64,000 bases of DNA. Source: an uncultured Acidobacteriota bacterium (GTDB lineage Bacteria > Acidobacteriota > Thermoanaerobaculia > UBA5066). A program made the translations under genes and the position numbers. Positions 61,332 through 64,000 of the stretch are shown here, one piece after another. Every line of letters starts with the position of its first letter. The stretch's first letter is position 1. The DNA lies in NCBI GenBank assembly GCA_963779415.1, contig CAVZYA010000001.1, positions 1,216,001-1,280,000 of the forward strand, written 5' to 3'. Below the pieces are notes generated by a model that was given only the letters and a program-made list of their open reading frames with translations, searched no databases and was not told where the DNA came from.

Positions 61332-61360
61332 ATTTTCTGGTCCCCCCCCCCATCCGTCAA
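61332..61360 (-). promoter_or_regulatory. Putative sigma70 promoter of nuo operon with G10 tract in spacer
   Basis: TTGACG (61360-61355), 17-nt spacer, GAAAAT (61337-61332). Confidence 0.45.
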
Positions 61361-61373
61361 TGATTCGACCGCA

Positions 61374-62540
61374 CTATTCCCGTTCCGGCCATTCGACGAG
61401 CGACGCCCCGAGGCCGGTTCCGCGCGAAGCGACGAGGACGCGAATCGACTCCCCCATTCCGCCCGGCGCCACGAGCTCCCCGAGCGCGTGGCGCTCCGCG
61501 AGGCGCTCAGCTTCCGTCGGCCTCTCCTCGGCGGCGGCGATCTCTTCCGCGATTCCCGCCGCCGCGAGAAAGCGGGACTGGCTGACGAGAGGAGCGACGT
61601 GGAGTCCCTTCTCCGAGAGCGCTTCGGCGACCTCCGTGAAATCGACCCAGGCCGTGATGTCCCGACTTCCCGGTTCCGAGAGCACGTCGCGGGTCACTTG
61701 ATGCCTCTGAAAGGCCTCGAGCGCCCCCAGAAGACGAGCGGGGCCGTAGAGCGAACGGGCCGAGGCCCCATAGTCGAATACGAGAAGGAGGCCGCCGGAG
61801 ATCTTCTCTGAAAGGGAAAGAGCGAGGGGGGACGCTGCCGGGCGGACCTCGAGCAGTTGGCCCGGGCGAAGAACCGCTCCGCGCGCACGCAATCCCGAAA
61901 GCAAAGCCGCCGAGTCCGGGCACTCGATTTCCTTCCATTCGAAGAGATCTCCGGTCTCCGCGCCTGGTCGGCTCGCCAGCGCCACGACGCGCTCCAGGAG
62001 TCTTTCACCTTCGAAGAGAAGCGCCCGGACGGGCAGCGCATCGAAGAGTTCATAAGCGACGAGGAGGCCCGAGAGCCGACCGGGAATTTCTTCGAATGAA
62101 GAAAACCAGGAGGCCGACGGGACCCGCTCGCGCGCTCGGGCGCGGCGGCTTTCGGACCGCTCGACGCCGACGAGGCGGAACTCGTCGCGGAATCCCCACG
62201 ACCTGAGCGCCTCGTCCGCCGCGGCGAGCATCTCTCCCTCTCCCGCGCCCACGTCCACAAGATCCGTCGGCTCGCGAAGGTCGCGCGGCGCGACCTCTTC
62301 CCCTTTCGAAGAACTCTTTTCCTCTTCCTCCCGCAGTCGTCGCGCGATCCTCGCGATCGTGCGGCCGAACGCCGGGTGCCACGTCGAAGCCGTGATGAAG
62401 TCGCCGCTCCGGCCGACCCTCCCCGGCCGCTCGTAGTAGCCCCCGTCGGCGTCGTAGAGAGCCACCTCCTGGAAGAGGTCGAAGCGGAGAGGCCCGTCGC
62501 GACGGATCCGTGCGGCAAGCCGACCGGGGAGCCCCTCCAC
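61374..62540 (-). CDS. MidA/NDUFAF7-family SAM-dependent methyltransferase (DUF185)
   Basis: ALY...GYY, GDFITA, DVGAGEG, ELFDALP, FDYG, PGSRDITAWVDF. Confidence 0.88.
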   Translation of the reverse strand: MEGLPGRLAARIRRDGPLRFDLFQEVALYDADGGYYERPGRVGRSGDFITASTWHPAFGRTIARIARRLREEEEKSSSKGEEVAPRDLREPTDLVDVGAGEGEMLAAADEALRSWGFRDEFRLVGVERSESRRARARERVPSASWFSSFEEIPGRLSGLLVAYELFDALPVRALLFEGERLLERVVALASRPGAETGDLFEWKEIECPDSAALLSGLRARGAVLRPGQLLEVRPAASPLALSLSEKISGGLLLVFDYGASARSLYGPARLLGALEAFQRHQVTRDVLSEPGSRDITAWVDFTEVAEALSEKGLHVAPLVSQSRFLAAAGIAEEIAAAEERPTEAERLAERHALGELVAPGGMGESIRVLVASRGTGLGASLVEWPERE

Positions 62541-62596
62541 GAAGCGCGAGGCTATCAGGCTCGCGGGTAAGATGGCGCCGGGAGGATCTCCCGAAC

Positions 62597-63010
62597 GTGT
62601 CGTACACCATCGAGACCAGACCCCACGGAGCCTTCATCTCCCTCGCTGCGACGAGCCGGGAAGAGTTCGTGCGCGACCTTCTCGCGTCGCTCCTCGAGGC
62701 GGCCTACGGAAAGAACCCCGGAGCGGCCGGAGCCTCGGGACAGATGCTTCCGATCCAGACGAGCGGCGCGGACGACGGCGCGCTTCTCGCACATCTCGCC
62801 GCCGACGCGCTTCGTGCCATCCGCGAGACGGAAGGGACGCTCCTCGCGCCACGCTGGCTCGCGTTCGACGAGAGCCGGGTCACCGCGACGTTGCCGGTCG
62901 GCCCCCGGTCCGGTCCCGTCCCGGCCCTCGTTCCGTACCGCTCGAAGCTCGTGAGCCCGCTTCCCGACCTCCGGGCCACGCTGGAAATCGGAACCGCGCC
63001 CGCCGGCTAA
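62597..63010 (+). CDS. Small archease-like protein (degenerate)
   Basis: 137 aa; ATSREEF...LLEAAY...[10 protein letters not shown] pattern resembles archease; DHTAD and KAVT motifs absent. Confidence 0.45.
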   Translation: MSYTIETRPHGAFISLAATSREEFVRDLLASLLEAAYGKNPGAAGASGQMLPIQTSGADDGALLAHLAADALRAIRETEGTLLAPRWLAFDESRVTATLPVGPRSGPVPALVPYRSKLVSPLPDLRATLEIGTAPAG

Positions 63011-64000
63011 CGCCGGGCGAGGGCCGCTTCCTTCTTCGCCTTCTCGAGGTCGGCGGCCACCATCATCTCGACGAGCCCGTCGAAGCCGATCCGCGGCGAC
63101 CAGCCGAGCTCGCCGCGGGCCCTGGAGGCGTCCCCGAGGAGATTGTCGACTTCCGCCGGACGGAAATAGCGCGGATCGACAGCCACCCGGAGCCTTCCGT
63201 TCGCCGCATCGAGACCCCTCTCGTCGGCCCCCGTGCCCGTCCAGCGGAGCGAGATCCCGGCACGCGCGAAGGCCCGCTCGCAGAACTCGCGCACCGAGTG
63301 CGTCTCTCCGGTGGCCACGACGTAGTCGCCCGGCGCCTCCCGCTGCAGCATGAGCCACATGGCCTCGACGAAGTCACCCGCGTAGCCCCAGTCGCGGCGT
63401 GCGTCGAGGTTTCCGAGGAAGACGGTCTCCTGGAGAGAGTGGACGATCCGCCCCACCGCCCGCGTGATCTTCCTCGTCACGAAGGTCTCGCCGCGGCGCG
63501 GCGACTCGTGGTTGAAGAGGATCCCGTTGGACGCGTGCAGGCCGTACGACTCCCGGAAATTCACGGTGAGGAAGTAGGCGTAGACCTTGGCGACGCCGTA
63601 CGGGCTTCGGGGGTGGAACGGGGTCGTCTCGCGCTGCGGCGATTCGACGACCTTCCCGAACATCTCCGAAGACGAAGCCTGATAGAAGCGCGGGCGGAGG
63701 CCCACCTCGCGGATCGCCTCGAGGAGCCGCGCCGCTCCGACGGCGGTCACCTCGGCCGTGTACTCCGGGATGTCGAAGGAGACCTTCACGTGGCTCTGCG
63801 CGCCGAGGTTGTAAATCTCGTGCGGCTCCACGGTCCGGAGGACGTGGTTCAGCGACGACGCGTCGTTCAGATCCCCGTAGTGCAGGACGAGCCGGCGCCC
63901 CGAGGCGTGCGGATCCTGGTAGATGTGGTCGATCCGCTCCGTGTTGAACGACGAGGAGCGGCGGATGATCCCGTGGACCTCGTAGCCCTTCGAGAGAAGC
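63007..64000 (-). CDS. gmd: GDP-mannose 4,6-dehydratase, 5' end outside window
   Basis: [48 protein letters not shown]. Confidence 0.96.
   Translation of the reverse strand, partial: LLSKGYEVHGIIRRSSSFNTERIDHIYQDPHASGRRLVLHYGDLNDASSLNHVLRTVEPHEIYNLGAQSHVKVSFDIPEYTAEVTAVGAARLLEAIREVGLRPRFYQASSSEMFGKVVESPQRETTPFHPRSPYGVAKVYAYFLTVNFRESYGLHASNGILFNHESPRRGETFVTRKITRAVGRIVHSLQETVFLGNLDARRDWGYAGDFVEAMWLMLQREAPGDYVVATGETHSVREFCERAFARAGISLRWTGTGADERGLDAANGRLRVAVDPRYFRPAEVDNLLGDASRARGELGWSPRIGFDGLVEMMVAADLEKAKKEAALARR

Noticed and set aside
183-63831. Many long Arg/Gly/Pro-rich overlapping ORFs, such as most of 50009..53578, 51211..53805, 53669..56095, 29842..32433 and 10499..12793
   Set aside because: Shadow or antisense frames of recognisable genes; expected at this GC content because stop codons are rare
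1-64000. rRNA, tRNA, tmRNA, SRP RNA, CRISPR array, prophage or defence genes
   Set aside because: No signature recognised; intergenic spaces are short and most long CDS have housekeeping or envelope-type assignments

Overview
High-GC bacterial chromosomal window. It is probably Acidobacteriota, possibly Thermoanaerobaculia; this is an inference from the VWA/GWxTD genes and the secreted-protein modules. Most of it is core metabolism: a divergent heme cluster (hemB-hemD-hemC-hemA-ccsA / hemE-hemN-hemH-hemY), a minus-strand run (KimA-like permease, two paralogous GT-C-like membrane proteins, orphan ModA-like protein, TPR plus hydrolase-fold protein, DegT aminotransferase), rhlB-like helicase and rho, amrS, a secreted Vgb-like propeller protein, 5'-nucleotidase, nth-tdk, methylmalonyl-CoA mutase, DUF4388-HDOD/VWA/GWxTD genes, gpmI, an M61-like peptidase, acyl-CoA dehydrogenase, cupin, FAD oxidoreductase, a sugar ABC transporter, argS and a GNAT. 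An 11-subunit nuo operon (no nuoEFG) runs directly into atpZ-atpI-atpB-atpE and is preceded by a MidA/NDUFAF7-type methyltransferase; gmd closes the window. I saw no rRNA, tRNA, CRISPR array, integrase or transposase. Three genes carry single-base frameshifts, most likely assembly errors. The best leads are the MidA-nuo11-F0 locus, the tandem GT-C-like proteins, an AT-rich DnaA-box-like spacer between convergent genes, pervasive leaderless-type promoter geometry, and several apparent pseudoenzymes. All family calls come from motif recognition by eye; no database searches were run.
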